Below the pieces are notes generated by a model. The model searched no databases, was not told the DNA's origin, and saw nothing but the letters and a program-made list of their open reading frames with translations. A DNA stretch of 64,000 nucleotides, from NCBI GenBank assembly GCA_039591655.1, contig JBDHDE010000035.1, positions 1 through 64,000 on the forward strand, written 5' to 3'. Shown here in pieces: positions 48,462 to 58,307 of the stretch. The position numbers were made by a program, and so were the translations under genes. Every line of letters starts with the position of its first letter. Within the stretch, counting starts at the first letter, position 1. This stretch comes from Gemmatimonadota bacterium (GTDB taxonomy: Bacteria; Gemmatimonadota; Gemmatimonadetes; Gemmatimonadales; GWC2-71-9).

Positions 48462-49462
48462 CTGAAGAGTTCCTCCCTGTCCGCGCCCAGCGCGACTACG
48501 GTGTGCGGCCACAACAGAGGTATGGTATGCCGGTCAAGACTCCCAACGACACGCGCTATCCGCCGGCGGCGGTGATTGCCGGCTTGGTCGCCGCGGTGGG
48601 CGCCGGCGCGGCCCTGTTCTTCCTGCCCGTTGCGTCCGAGTTGTGGCGCACCGTGGCGGTGCCGGCGGTCTCCACGCTGACCGCTCTCCTGGTGGGCTCC
48701 TCCATCAAGTATGCGGACCAGTGGGAGAAGGCCGTCGTGCTGCGCCTCGGCAAGTACCGCGGGCTGCGCGGCCCCGGCTTGTTCTACGTGATCCCCGTAC
48801 TCGACCGCATCACGTACCACGTGGACCAACGTATACGGACCACCGATTTCGGCGCCGAGTCGTGCCTCACCAAAGACACGGTCCCGGTGAACGTGGATGC
48901 AATCGCGTTCTGGATCGTGTACGATGCCGAGCGCGCCGCGCTGGAAGTGCAGCAGTACGAGCAGGCAGTGGTGCTCGCCGCCCAGACGGCCCTGCGCGAC
49001 GCCATCGGCAAGCACGACCTGGCGGAGCTGATCCAGTCACGCAAAGAGCTCGGCCATGGGCTCCAGCGGATCCTCGACGAGAAGATGCACGACTGGGGGA
49101 TCCAGGTGCAGTCGGTGGAGATCCGGGACGTGATCATCCCGAAGGCTCTCGAGGAGGCGATGTCCCGCCAGGCCCAAGCGGAGCGGGAGCGCCAGGCGCG
49201 CATCATCCTGGGGACGGCCGAGACCGAGATCGCCGGCAAGTTCGTGGAGGCGGCGGAGCGCTACCGCGAGCACCCCATGGCGCTCAACCTGCGCGCCATG
49301 AACATGCTGTACGAGAGCATCGTGAAGCGTGGCTCGCTGATGGTGGTGCCGTCCGGCCTGGCGGACTCGCTGAATGTGCCGGGTATCCTGGGGCTGGCGG
49401 GCGCGGCGGGAGCGACGGCGCCGGAGAAGGAATCCGAGAAGGAAGGCGACTCCAAGCCCTGA
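48458..49462 (+). CDS. SPFH/stomatin (slipin) family protein
   Basis: QWEKAVVLRLG, LTKDTVPVNVDA, AQTALRDAIG, AMSRQAQAERERQAR; ATGA overlap with gntR. Confidence 0.88.
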   Translation: MTEEFLPVRAQRDYGVRPQQRYGMPVKTPNDTRYPPAAVIAGLVAAVGAGAALFFLPVASELWRTVAVPAVSTLTALLVGSSIKYADQWEKAVVLRLGKYRGLRGPGLFYVIPVLDRITYHVDQRIRTTDFGAESCLTKDTVPVNVDAIAFWIVYDAERAALEVQQYEQAVVLAAQTALRDAIGKHDLAELIQSRKELGHGLQRILDEKMHDWGIQVQSVEIRDVIIPKALEEAMSRQAQAERERQARIILGTAETEIAGKFVEAAERYREHPMALNLRAMNMLYESIVKRGSLMVVPSGLADSLNVPGILGLAGAAGATAPEKESEKEGDSKP

Positions 49463-49470
49463 TCGGTGCT

Positions 49471-49650
49471 CTACGGTATCGTCACCCGCTTCAGCTTCGC
49501 GTCGAACCGCGCGAAGTGGACCTCGAATAGCTCCCGGAACTTCGATCGGTAGGCTACATCCACTTTGTTGAACCAGTCCACGAGTTCGTCGACGACTCGG
49601 TGGCCGAACTTGGCATAGAACTCTTCTGAGAACTTCGCGGTAACCGGCAT
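49471..49650 (-). pseudogene. 3'-truncated copy of DUF1640-like ORF
   Basis: MPVTAKFSEEFY...FARFDAKL then diverges and stops; full copy at 51084-51383. Confidence 0.65.
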
Positions 49651-49740
49651 CTGTCTCCCGTGGATTGCTGCCGGCTCCACTCCACAAGATATCCCAACCC
49701 AAACGAGTTCCCAAACGCCGCGGGACTGTGCGAAACTGGC
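49493..49740. repeat. Direct repeat copy 1 (~250 bp)
   Basis: Aligns with 51226-51474, including ~90 bp of non-coding upstream DNA. Confidence 0.9.
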
Positions 49741-49772
49741 TGCTCTTGCGGAGAATCCTTATCCTATCCGCC

Positions 49773-51056
49773 ATGCCGAAAGCCTCCCTCTGGTCCCGCG
49801 CCGCCGATATTGCGGCCCGCACGCCCGAGTCCCGCAATCGCTACGTCGACTTCCTGCGTGCGGTCTCCATCTTGATGGTCATCTCGGGGCACTGGTTGGT
49901 CGCCGCGCCCTACGTGGTCGACGGCCAGCTCACCCTCAGCTCCATGCTGGCATATCAACGGTGGACCCAGCTGCTGACATGGGCGTTCCAGGTCATGCCC
50001 GTGTTCTTCTTCGTGGGCGGGTACTCGAACGGTGCGGAGTGGTTGAACGGCCGCCTGCAGCGACTCATCGGTCCTGTGCTGCCTTTGCTGGCGGTGTGGG
50101 CGGTGCTGGGCATCGTGGGCCACCTCAGCGGTGTGCGCCCGGAGATGGTGAAGGCCGGCTCGCAGATGGCGCTCATCCCCATCTGGTTTCTGGCGGTCTA
50201 CATCGGGGTCGTGGTGCTCGTGCCGCTGACGCACGCGGCTTGGCGGCGCTTCGGAATGGCGTCGTTCTGGGTGCTCGCCATTGCGGTGGCCGTGGACGAC
50301 CTGCTGTTCTTTGCCGCCGACCTCACAGCGCTGGGATGGCTGAACTACGGCTTCATCTGGGTGGCGGTGCACCAGCTCGGGTATGCGTGGCGCGAAGGGA
50401 AGTTGCAGTCGGGATGGAGGGCGCTGGCATGGACCGTTGCCGGGCTCGCGATCCTGATCGGGCTGGTCACCGTCGGACCCCACCCGCTCAGCATGGTGAG
50501 CGTGCCCGGCGAAGAGGTGAGCAACTCGCTCCCACCCAAGCTCCCCATGCTGTTGCTCGGCATGATCCAGATCGGCCTGGCGCTGTCCCTCGAGGCCCCC
50601 TTCCGCCGCTGGCTCGAGCGCCCGGTCCCGTGGACCGCAACCGTGCTGGTGAATGGGATGATCATGACGATCTTCCTGTGGCACCTCACCGCCTCCACCC
50701 TCGTTACAGGTCTCGCGCTTCAGCTCGGAAGCGTAGGCCTCACCGTCGAGCCGGGAAGCGGAGCGTGGTGGGCGGCACGTCCGCTGTGGTTGGCCTTGTC
50801 CGTATTGGCTCTTGCGCCTCTCGCGCTCGTCTTCGGGCGCTTCGAACGCGGCGGGACCAGAGGCCCCGCCGTGGCTGCGTGGCGTCAGGTGGTGGGGGCC
50901 GGCCTGGTGTGCGGTGGGCTGTCCCTACTGGCGCTCTTCGGAATCGCGGGAGATGGCTGGTTGGGCCTGAGTTGGTGGGTGCTGCTGCTGCCGTTCGTCG
51001 GTGCGACGCTGGGTGGGGTGAATCCGGTCGCGAGGCCCAAGCGGCGGGAAGCCTAG
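49773..51056 (+). CDS. Acyltransferase family 3 (membrane-bound)
   Basis: RNRYVDFLRA, GHWL, QVMPVFFFVGGYSN, IWFLAVY, MTIFLWH. Confidence 0.85.
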   Translation: MPKASLWSRAADIAARTPESRNRYVDFLRAVSILMVISGHWLVAAPYVVDGQLTLSSMLAYQRWTQLLTWAFQVMPVFFFVGGYSNGAEWLNGRLQRLIGPVLPLLAVWAVLGIVGHLSGVRPEMVKAGSQMALIPIWFLAVYIGVVVLVPLTHAAWRRFGMASFWVLAIAVAVDDLLFFAADLTALGWLNYGFIWVAVHQLGYAWREGKLQSGWRALAWTVAGLAILIGLVTVGPHPLSMVSVPGEEVSNSLPPKLPMLLLGMIQIGLALSLEAPFRRWLERPVPWTATVLVNGMIMTIFLWHLTASTLVTGLALQLGSVGLTVEPGSGAWWAARPLWLALSVLALAPLALVFGRFERGGTRGPAVAAWRQVVGAGLVCGGLSLLALFGIAGDGWLGLSWWVLLLPFVGATLGGVNPVARPKRREA

Positions 51057-51083
51057 GTGGGCGAAGCTCCGCTGCGCCCGCCC

Positions 51084-51383
51084 CTACCCGCTCCAGAACT
51101 TGAGCAGCGCGATCATCGTGCCGATCGTGCCGATCCAGAAGAGGAACATCCAGCGGATCAGACGGGTCTCCAAGCCCGCCAGCTCCTGCCGGAACTCTGC
51201 TCGGACTTCCGCAATGCGCTGCTCGAGCTTCGCGTCGAACCGCGCGAAGTTCACCTCGAACAGCTCCCGAAACTCCGATCGGTAGGTTACGTCCACCTGG
51301 TTGAACCAGTCCACGAGCTCGTCGACCACGCGGTGGCCGAACTTGGCGTAGAACTCTTCTGAGAACTTCGCGGTAACCGGCAT
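51084..51383 (-). CDS. DUF1640/CCDC90-like coiled-coil protein with C-terminal TM anchor
   Basis: Coiled coil FDAKLEQRIAEVRAEF; LIRWMFLFWIG TM tail. Confidence 0.7.
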   Translation of the reverse strand: MPVTAKFSEEFYAKFGHRVVDELVDWFNQVDVTYRSEFRELFEVNFARFDAKLEQRIAEVRAEFRQELAGLETRLIRWMFLFWIGTIGTMIALLKFWSG

Positions 51384-51474
51384 CCGGACTCTCGTGGATT
51401 GCTGCCAGCTCCACTCTACAAGATATCCCAACCCAGACGAGTTCCCAAATGCCGCACCACGGACCGAAACTGGC
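51226..51474. repeat. Direct repeat copy 2 (~250 bp)
   Basis: Aligns with 49493-49740. Confidence 0.9.
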
Positions 51475-51552
51475 CGCCCCTGCCGTCCTTGACGTAGCCC
51501 GTGCTCAATGGCGAACATGGTACTTCGGTTCTCCGGAACGACTTCCCCGAAG

Positions 51553-53142
51553 ATGAGGATACACACTGTGCGCAACAGCACCTTGGCAACGTGCATGCTG
51601 GCCGCCGCAGCCGCGGCGCTTCTTTCTACGCCACTCAGCGCCCAGACCTCGGCCGCCATGATGCCCACGGGCCTGGCCCCATCGCAGGCGAGCTGCGACT
51701 TCTCCGACCTGCCGGGCGTCGTATGGTGGGGAACCCAGCGGCAAATGACTCTGGAGCGGGTGGCGGAGTACCTCGCGCCGGTGTACTGGTTCTCTCCGGA
51801 TGAGCCCCTGCTAAGGGGTGCAGAGGGCGTGGACATCCGGATCCCTGAGGCCTTCCCGTTCGAGGAGCAGCCCGCTCGGCCGGTCGTGTACTACCAGTTT
51901 GGCCAAATGGTGGTCGTCGCCGAGGGCGTCGAAGGATTCGACCAGAGCGCCGTCGCGATAGTTAGGGACTCCACGAATCCGGGGAACGCCGTCGTCGACT
52001 TCGAGCGGGTGGTCGGGTTCACGATGCACTTCTGGGCCTACTTCAGCTCGGAGGAGGGCATTGGGGCTCACATCCACGACATCGAGGGCGCGGAGTTCCG
52101 TCTTGTAGTGTTCCGAGACTACAATGCTTTTGTGCGGGAGAACAGCGCCGGACAATGCTCCGAGCGGAACTACGTCATCGTGGTCACGCGGGTTTCGGGC
52201 CTGGCGCACGGCATCGTGTGGTTCTGGAACGTGTCGGAGACCGACGGCGACTCGAGATTCCCGATGCACCTCCTGGTGGAGGAGGGCAAGCACGCATTGG
52301 CAACCGACAAGAACTCGGACGGCTACTTCACGCCCGGGTACGATGTCAGCCGCTACGTCAACGACGCCTGGGGCGTGCGCGACAACATGCGCACGGGCGC
52401 CCTTGCCACCGGCGGCTACCAGGCGTGGATGACCAAGGTGCGCCAACCCGAGCACCGGCTGGTCCCCCCTTTGCCGGACGACAGTCCCTTGCGACCGCGG
52501 CTGGAGCGGCGGGGCTACTATGACGGCTCGCTGGCGGTGTACGAGCTGCGGCCGTTCCCGCCGACAGAGATGGCGGAGGGCGATCCGCACCATCTGGTGA
52601 ACTTCTTCAAGGACAAGGAGGTCCCCGACTGGCCGGAGTCCAAGGAAGTGAGCAAGGTATCGGAGTTCATCAACTGGGTCGATGCGGACCTGGTGGTGAA
52701 GTCGTTGTCCATTGCGTTTATGGCGGACGGCGACCTCGGTTTCACGTTCGTGTTCCCCCTGCTCATCGTGAAGAATCTCGAGGTACCGGCGGGAGGTGGC
52801 TTCCTCGTCAACCGCATATACCTCAAGGACGCCTATCTGCGGGACTTCGGCTGGCAGCTGATGTACGTGCCATCGGCGTCGCGTTGGGTGGATACGTACT
52901 TCGCGGCGGGGGCCGAGAACGACCGGGAGAGGGATCCGGATACCGATGAGCTGACGGTGAACGAGTGGTGGTTCGTGCTCGAAACTGGACTCAAGTTCCG
53001 CTTCAACCTGTCGCACTCGCCGCTGGGTTTCCTGGGGTTCCTGACGGACTTCTGGGGCTTCAGCGCGGGGATCAAGAACTACGGCTTTTTCGACATTGAC
53101 AAGCTCACTTACGTATTCACGGTCGGCGCCGGGGTGTGGTAG
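51553..53142 (+). CDS. Secreted hypothetical protein, possible C-terminal outer-membrane beta-barrel
   Basis: Signal-peptide-like N-terminus; amphipathic C-terminal strands ending YVFTVGAGVW; start uncertain. Confidence 0.6.
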   Translation: MRIHTVRNSTLATCMLAAAAAALLSTPLSAQTSAAMMPTGLAPSQASCDFSDLPGVVWWGTQRQMTLERVAEYLAPVYWFSPDEPLLRGAEGVDIRIPEAFPFEEQPARPVVYYQFGQMVVVAEGVEGFDQSAVAIVRDSTNPGNAVVDFERVVGFTMHFWAYFSSEEGIGAHIHDIEGAEFRLVVFRDYNAFVRENSAGQCSERNYVIVVTRVSGLAHGIVWFWNVSETDGDSRFPMHLLVEEGKHALATDKNSDGYFTPGYDVSRYVNDAWGVRDNMRTGALATGGYQAWMTKVRQPEHRLVPPLPDDSPLRPRLERRGYYDGSLAVYELRPFPPTEMAEGDPHHLVNFFKDKEVPDWPESKEVSKVSEFINWVDADLVVKSLSIAFMADGDLGFTFVFPLLIVKNLEVPAGGGFLVNRIYLKDAYLRDFGWQLMYVPSASRWVDTYFAAGAENDRERDPDTDELTVNEWWFVLETGLKFRFNLSHSPLGFLGFLTDFWGFSAGIKNYGFFDIDKLTYVFTVGAGVW

Positions 53143-53227
53143 CGGCGCCGCCGCGTCTGGGAGGGATGTTGGCCCTGGAGGGTGGGGAGCTGGGTGCGCT
53201 CTTCCCACGACGGAAGGAGAAACGTCC

Positions 53228-53758
53228 ATGAATCCGCTTTACCGCACGATCGGTGCGGCCGCAGTACTGCTGGTGGCGACGCCCGTACTCGGGTCGGGAG
53301 CTCACGATCTCGCGGCGCAGAACGGCCAGGTGCGGGTACGGGTGAGTGTCGTGAATGACAGCCTGAGAGCGACGCCGGTACTGGCGACGCTCGTGAGTGA
53401 AGGCCGCGTGATCTCGCAGACCGAGGTGATGCACGGGAACGCCGTGGGTCTGAGAGGGCCGATCGGGCTCGTCGATCTCCGCGCCGAGGCACCAGGACTA
53501 GTCACGGAGGTCCGCCGGGGTGTGCACACGGTCAATCCAGCGTTGCAGGCTCCCGGCACGGTCGAGTTCGTGATGCGCGCGGGGCAGGGTGTGCGGGTCG
53601 TGGAGTATGCAGAGGGCGGATTGGCGCGGGAGGAGGTTGCCCGTCGCTTGAGAGAGTTGGAAGCTGCGGTCGCCGCGCTGCTGGGCGCGGTGGACAGCCT
53701 CCGCGCCGAGTTGGCTCAGGCGCGAGAGGAGATTGCCCGGATCGAGACTGGAGGGTGA
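53228..53758 (+). CDS. Secreted hypothetical protein with C-terminal coiled coil
   Basis: AAGGAG RBS; signal peptide; its stop codon abuts the att-like repeat. Confidence 0.65.
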   Translation: MNPLYRTIGAAAVLLVATPVLGSGAHDLAAQNGQVRVRVSVVNDSLRATPVLATLVSEGRVISQTEVMHGNAVGLRGPIGLVDLRAEAPGLVTEVRRGVHTVNPALQAPGTVEFVMRAGQGVRVVEYAEGGLAREEVARRLRELEAAVAALLGAVDSLRAELAQAREEIARIETGG

Positions 53759-53840
53759 GCTTTTGGCTCCGGAGGCAATGCCGGCACGCTCACCAGCGCC
53801 CATGGGCGCTCGTGGGTGTCGTGACAATCGGTGTGACAGC
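53756..53840. repeat. att-like repeat copy 1 with GTGACA doublet
   Basis: Matches 60452-60575 apart from a ~50-bp internal gap; GTGACA at 53821 and 53833. Confidence 0.85.
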
Positions 53841-54038
53841 TCCAGCCGACTCCTTCGGCCGCAGCACGGCCAATACCCCCAGTGTGATCGCGATCTGCAC
53901 CACGAAGTAGGCCACGATGAACATCGCGTAGTCCAACCGGCCGATACGCTCGTCGAGGACACCGGCTACGAGAATCGGCTCCTGAAGGACTACATCCAAG
54001 GGGCTCGCTAGCGCCGTTTGGCTTTGGAGGCCAGTGCC

Positions 54039-54389
54039 ATGAGCTGGATCGAGGATCTTCTCGCATCCATCGACGAGATGGATGCGGAGAAGTTCGTTTC
54101 GTTCCTGACCGACGATGCGCAGTTCCGCTACGGGAGCAACCCGCCCACCGTTGGCAGGGATGCGATCCGGGAATATGTGGGGCAGTTCTTCGGGATGTTC
54201 AAGGGACTGCGCCACGAGCTGCTCGGGTCGTGGACCCACCCGGATGTCGTGCTCGTCCGGGGAGAGGCGACTTACGTCAAGCATGATGGATCAGCGCTCA
54301 CCCTGCCGTTCTTGAACTGCTTCAAGATGCGCGGTGAGAAGATCCACGAGTACCTCATCTACATCGATCCGACGCCGCTGAGTGGCTGA
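54039..54389 (+). CDS. SnoaL/NTF2-like protein
   Basis: FLTDDAQFRYG...VGRDAIRE...EYLIYIDPTPL. Confidence 0.8.
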   Translation: MSWIEDLLASIDEMDAEKFVSFLTDDAQFRYGSNPPTVGRDAIREYVGQFFGMFKGLRHELLGSWTHPDVVLVRGEATYVKHDGSALTLPFLNCFKMRGEKIHEYLIYIDPTPLSG

Positions 54390-55236
54390 GTCGATGGCCG
54401 GAGAGGCGGAGGGTGCCCCGATGCCCGGGGTTGGAGATGAGCGAAGCCCGTGGGCAGTGGTGGCGATCCTGACGGGCCTCAGTGTCCTGGCGTGTGGCAG
54501 CTATGACGGCGAGCGCGTCCGGGATGAGGCCGACGCCTTTGCGCGAAGCTATCTCGCAGCTGTTGATACCGCGTCGTCGCGCGCCGCGGATTTCTTGGAT
54601 CGCGAGTTCTTCCCTACCGACCCTCCCTGGGGCCTACTCGGGGCGGTGAATGCAGAGTTGGGTGAGCTTGGATCGCTCGAACTTGAAGCGGCCACCGGCA
54701 CCACTGGGCTCAACCGCTCGGGTGAGATGTTCGTCACGTTGGACTACCAGGCCATGTATGCCAACGGGCCAAGTGCCGTGAAGGTGACGCTTCGCAGGGC
54801 ATCCAGCGACTCCCCGTGGTTTGTTCGGGGACACATGGTAAGCTACGAATCCATGGCCATCGAGCTCGCCGAGGAGACCGGTCGGTTTCTGGAAGGCTAC
54901 TTCGCGTCAGTGGCAGGTCGCGACTTCGACACCGCACTGAGCCTCTACTCCGAGTCCTTCCTCCGCGAACACCCGGCGGACAAATGGCGCGCGAGCCTGG
55001 CGGCAACGCGAGACACGCTGGGGCGTCCCGGTGACCGTACCCTGATCGAGCTCGACGTTTGGGGCAGTGTGCTGACCGGGGCGACCATCATCGATCTCGG
55101 CTACTCGGTTGAGTACGAGAGGCTTCCGGCCATCGAGAGATTCACAGTGTTTCGGATATCACGCGATCAGCGGGCCGAAATCCACCACCACGAGATCTCT
55201 ACCGATCCCGCGGAGGCGGTTCCGGCCAACAGGTAG
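54382..55236 (+). CDS. Putative lipoprotein with two NTF2-like (DUF4019/DUF3887-like) repeats
   Basis: Lipobox-like VLAC; two internally similar domains; start uncertain. Confidence 0.5.
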   Translation: MAESMAGEAEGAPMPGVGDERSPWAVVAILTGLSVLACGSYDGERVRDEADAFARSYLAAVDTASSRAADFLDREFFPTDPPWGLLGAVNAELGELGSLELEAATGTTGLNRSGEMFVTLDYQAMYANGPSAVKVTLRRASSDSPWFVRGHMVSYESMAIELAEETGRFLEGYFASVAGRDFDTALSLYSESFLREHPADKWRASLAATRDTLGRPGDRTLIELDVWGSVLTGATIIDLGYSVEYERLPAIERFTVFRISRDQRAEIHHHEISTDPAEAVPANR

Positions 55237-55261
55237 TGGCAAGAGTGTTGGAGATGTGGCT

Positions 55262-56746
55262 ATGAGCAAAACGAAGACGCTCTGGTGTGCGCTGATGCCA
55301 CTGGCCGTGTTGGGGAACGGGACGCTGGTTGCGACGACCCTGCAACAAGACACTCTTGCCGCCCAGGTCGAGCAGCTGCTAGAGAGCGGCGTGGATCCGA
55401 ATGCGGAGATCCGAAGTGGCACGACGTTGTTGATGTGGGCTGCCTGGTCGGGCCACCTCGAGGTCGTGGGGCTCCTGCTGGCTCGCGGCGCCGACCCCAA
55501 TGCGAAGGACCCGACCAGTCTCACTGTTCTGATGGGTGCGGCAGGCCAGGGGCACGCTGAAGTCGTGCGAATGCTTCTGGACCACGGTGCTGATGTCCAT
55601 GCCACTGGGCAAGGGGGCATGACTGCGGTACGGCTCGCGGCCGCGAATGGCCGGTCCGACGCCATTGACGTGCTGGTGGGCTACGGCGCCGCAACAACGG
55701 AGGCCGAGGTCTACCGGGATGTCATGGGACACCAGTTCGTGCTACCACACGCGAGGAACGTGGACGCCCGTCCCAACGAGGATGGCGACGTGGTTCTCGG
55801 TATCGATCGCGACGGCGGCCTGTTTCTGGACAGCGGTGATGGCGAAATGCGGCGAATTCCCAAGGACAGTCTGGACGGTGTGCTGAGCCCGGTGTACGGC
55901 GAGCCGGGCAGGGATCGGATCCTGTATTTCGTGACGGATTCGACCGTCGAGTATGAAGTCATCTGGGAGGTTGTGGAGATCGCAGGCAAAGCCGGGGTCA
56001 TGGTGCTATCGGCGGTCGCCGAGCAGGAGAGCGAGCCGATCGCGCTGAACAGGGCTGCGATGGATGTTCAGATTCCGGGGGAAGGGAATGGGCGGTTGTT
56101 GGCGCCGCAGGGAGTATCGAGCAACCAGATTGTGCTGCAATTACTCGAGGACGGGTTGTACGCCCTCAATTCGGAGCCCGTGCTCCTGTCGCAACTCGAC
56201 GGTCACATCCGCGCGATCTTCGATGCCCGGCCGGCGAAGCTGATGTTCGTTCAGGTGGCGGGAAACCGTGGATACCAGGATGTGATCACGGCCATGGATA
56301 TCGCCCGAGGCGCTGGTGTGCAGGTGATCGGCATCGCCCCCCCAGGCGAGGTGCCGCAAGCGATTCCTCCCGTCGACCTGGGCGAGCGCTTCGACCCACG
56401 AGATTACACGGGGGTGGGTGTCGAGAGCGGCGTGATCGGTGACAGCAGCCGGGTGTTCAAGGATGCCGTTGTAGACGTCCTACCGGAGCTGGTGTCCTGT
56501 CCCCCCGTCGAGTATCCCGCCGAGATGCGGCAAGCGGCCGTCGAGGGAGTAGTCGTTCTCCAGTTCGTGGTGGAGATCGACGGTCACGTGGAATTGGGAA
56601 TGATCCAAGTCGTTCGGTCGACGCAGGAGGCATTCGAGGCTCCGGCGAAGAAGATGCTCGCCGGGTGCACGTTCCGGCCTGGAATGGTGCGCCAGACCGC
56701 GGTGCGAGTGCTCGTCGAAATGCCTCTCACGTTCACCTTGCAGTAA
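55262..56746 (+). CDS. Ankyrin repeat-ExbD-ExbD-TonB C-terminal fusion protein
   Basis: Ankyrin TLLMWAAWSGH..V..LL..GADPN; two ExbD-like periplasmic domains; TonB-C YPAEMRQAAVEGVVVLQFVVEIDG. Confidence 0.7.
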   Translation: MSKTKTLWCALMPLAVLGNGTLVATTLQQDTLAAQVEQLLESGVDPNAEIRSGTTLLMWAAWSGHLEVVGLLLARGADPNAKDPTSLTVLMGAAGQGHAEVVRMLLDHGADVHATGQGGMTAVRLAAANGRSDAIDVLVGYGAATTEAEVYRDVMGHQFVLPHARNVDARPNEDGDVVLGIDRDGGLFLDSGDGEMRRIPKDSLDGVLSPVYGEPGRDRILYFVTDSTVEYEVIWEVVEIAGKAGVMVLSAVAEQESEPIALNRAAMDVQIPGEGNGRLLAPQGVSSNQIVLQLLEDGLYALNSEPVLLSQLDGHIRAIFDARPAKLMFVQVAGNRGYQDVITAMDIARGAGVQVIGIAPPGEVPQAIPPVDLGERFDPRDYTGVGVESGVIGDSSRVFKDAVVDVLPELVSCPPVEYPAEMRQAAVEGVVVLQFVVEIDGHVELGMIQVVRSTQEAFEAPAKKMLAGCTFRPGMVRQTAVRVLVEMPLTFTLQ

Positions 56747-56876
56747 GCACTCACCATTGTAGGGATCTCATGCTTGGATTGGGAAAGACCCGAGATCGAC
56801 TGACCGGCGGCGAGCTAGCCGTCGAGCCCGATGCACGGGCTGCAATCAGGAGATTTCCTTCGAGCGAGGGCCACCG

Positions 56877-57329
56877 ATGACTACCGAATCAAGCACCCTT
56901 TCCGGGGCAGCGCGCGTGATTGCCGGCAGTGTGGCTCTGCTGGGCGCTCTGGCCATCATTGGCGGGCTCGTGCAGCTCGGCGTCGTGCTACTCAGGACCC
57001 TCCGCGATGGCGCCGATCCTCCGACGATGATTTACTTCGGTGCTGGAGCTGCGGTGAGTCTTCTCGTCGGTGGCTTCTGTATGCACGCGGTGGCGCTGGC
57101 GCGCGAGTATCCGTCGGTGTCCTCGTTTCGCCGGCTGTACGGTTCGTTCGCACTCCTCTTTGGGTTTGCCCTTCGGTTCGGCCTCATCGAACTAGACGAG
57201 CGCACCGCTGCGGCGCTATGGCCAGCTCTACCTGACCTTGGTGGACTCGTCGGGGGTGTGGTGCTGTACCTGGTCCTGCAGCGCCGACTCATCCCTGCAG
57301 GACTCCCGCGCCGTGCGGGCCCGAAGTAG
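56877..57329 (+). CDS. Hypothetical membrane protein
   Basis: About four hydrophobic helices. Confidence 0.55.
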   Translation: MTTESSTLSGAARVIAGSVALLGALAIIGGLVQLGVVLLRTLRDGADPPTMIYFGAGAAVSLLVGGFCMHAVALAREYPSVSSFRRLYGSFALLFGFALRFGLIELDERTAAALWPALPDLGGLVGGVVLYLVLQRRLIPAGLPRRAGPK

Positions 57330-57365
57330 GCCATCGCCCAGCACGCATCAGGAGCTGACGGGCCC

Positions 57366-58187
57366 ATGAGAACCTGGAAGCCGATCGGATGGCGCGCGAT
57401 TGTAGTAACGGTTGCCGTTTCAGCCGCTTTCCGCTCCACAGCATACATGCAGACTCCGACCCCCGATCCGCTCGTTGAACGCACCCTGGAGACGATGCAA
57501 ATCTGGGAAGTACTCGGCGGGATGCACGATCGGTTTGTCGCCGCACTCACAGTGCCGGGAACGGCACCGGCGGCGGACTCAACGCGCCGACTTCTGGATC
57601 TGGCGGCGCATCACTTCGCCGATAGTGTGCTATATGGGTATGTGGTCCAGTACTTGATGACAAATCGGGATTCTGCTCTTACCGAGCGGCTTGCTGGATG
57701 GCTCTTTTCCGACTGGGCTGAAGCTTTTCGGCGTGAGGCAATGGTGGTAGACCAATCGGAGTCTCTGAGGGATTTCGTCTTCCGGCTCCGCAGCGATCCG
57801 CCATCTCCCCGCCGGCTAGACCTGATCGAACGCTTCACAGAGGCGAATCACGCAGACCGCTACTACACGGATCTTGAAGAGGCTGTGCGGTGCGCCGCTC
57901 GCCGAGCTGAAGTTGCGGAGTTTGGCATGGAGGCGCGCGTAGATACCGTACCGCCGCTCAGCCACGAGGAGGTGGCCGCACAACTTGACGAGGTCTTCAC
58001 GGTCGCCGCATTGTCCTACCTACAGCGGTTCGAGTCGGTATCCGATGACGCGCTTGAGCGCATGGTGCTCGGGTTCGAGTCCGAGTCCGGACAATGGTAC
58101 GTCCAAACCTGTTCGGCGGCGATCGTCCACGCATTGGAGCGTGCCGGGAGCGCAATAGCCGGTGAGCTCTTGAGCCCTAATCGCTGA
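57366..58187 (+). CDS. Secreted hypothetical protein (DUF2059-like C-terminus)
   Basis: Signal-like N-terminus; SDDALERMVLGFESESGQWY resembles DUF2059. Confidence 0.5.
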   Translation: MRTWKPIGWRAIVVTVAVSAAFRSTAYMQTPTPDPLVERTLETMQIWEVLGGMHDRFVAALTVPGTAPAADSTRRLLDLAAHHFADSVLYGYVVQYLMTNRDSALTERLAGWLFSDWAEAFRREAMVVDQSESLRDFVFRLRSDPPSPRRLDLIERFTEANHADRYYTDLEEAVRCAARRAEVAEFGMEARVDTVPPLSHEEVAAQLDEVFTVAALSYLQRFESVSDDALERMVLGFESESGQWYVQTCSAAIVHALERAGSAIAGELLSPNR

Positions 58188-58238
58188 AGGGTGGGGATTG
58201 TGCACGTTCAGCAAGGGGGCACTGGGCCCGGAAGAGCG

Positions 58239-58269
58239 GCTTAACCCGCGCATGCACCTGCGGAGGCGC
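58239..58269 (+). other. Partial attC-like site (left arm only)
   Basis: GCTTAACCCGCGCATGCACCTGCGGAGGCGC, 29/31 identical to 59918-59948. Confidence 0.6.
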
Positions 58270-58307
58270 TGACGGCCCGCCCGGCCCCGACCATTGTGGA
58301 GGACATC

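Noticed and set aside
53756..53780. tRNA gene at the GGCTCCGGAGGC repeats (also 60452-60472)
   Set aside because: Only an anticodon-arm-like fragment; no D arm, T arm (GTTCGA) or acceptor stem
53790..54010. Minus-strand membrane-protein fragment
   Set aside because: No clear start, runs into the repeat and overlaps the SnoaL gene; at most a remnant
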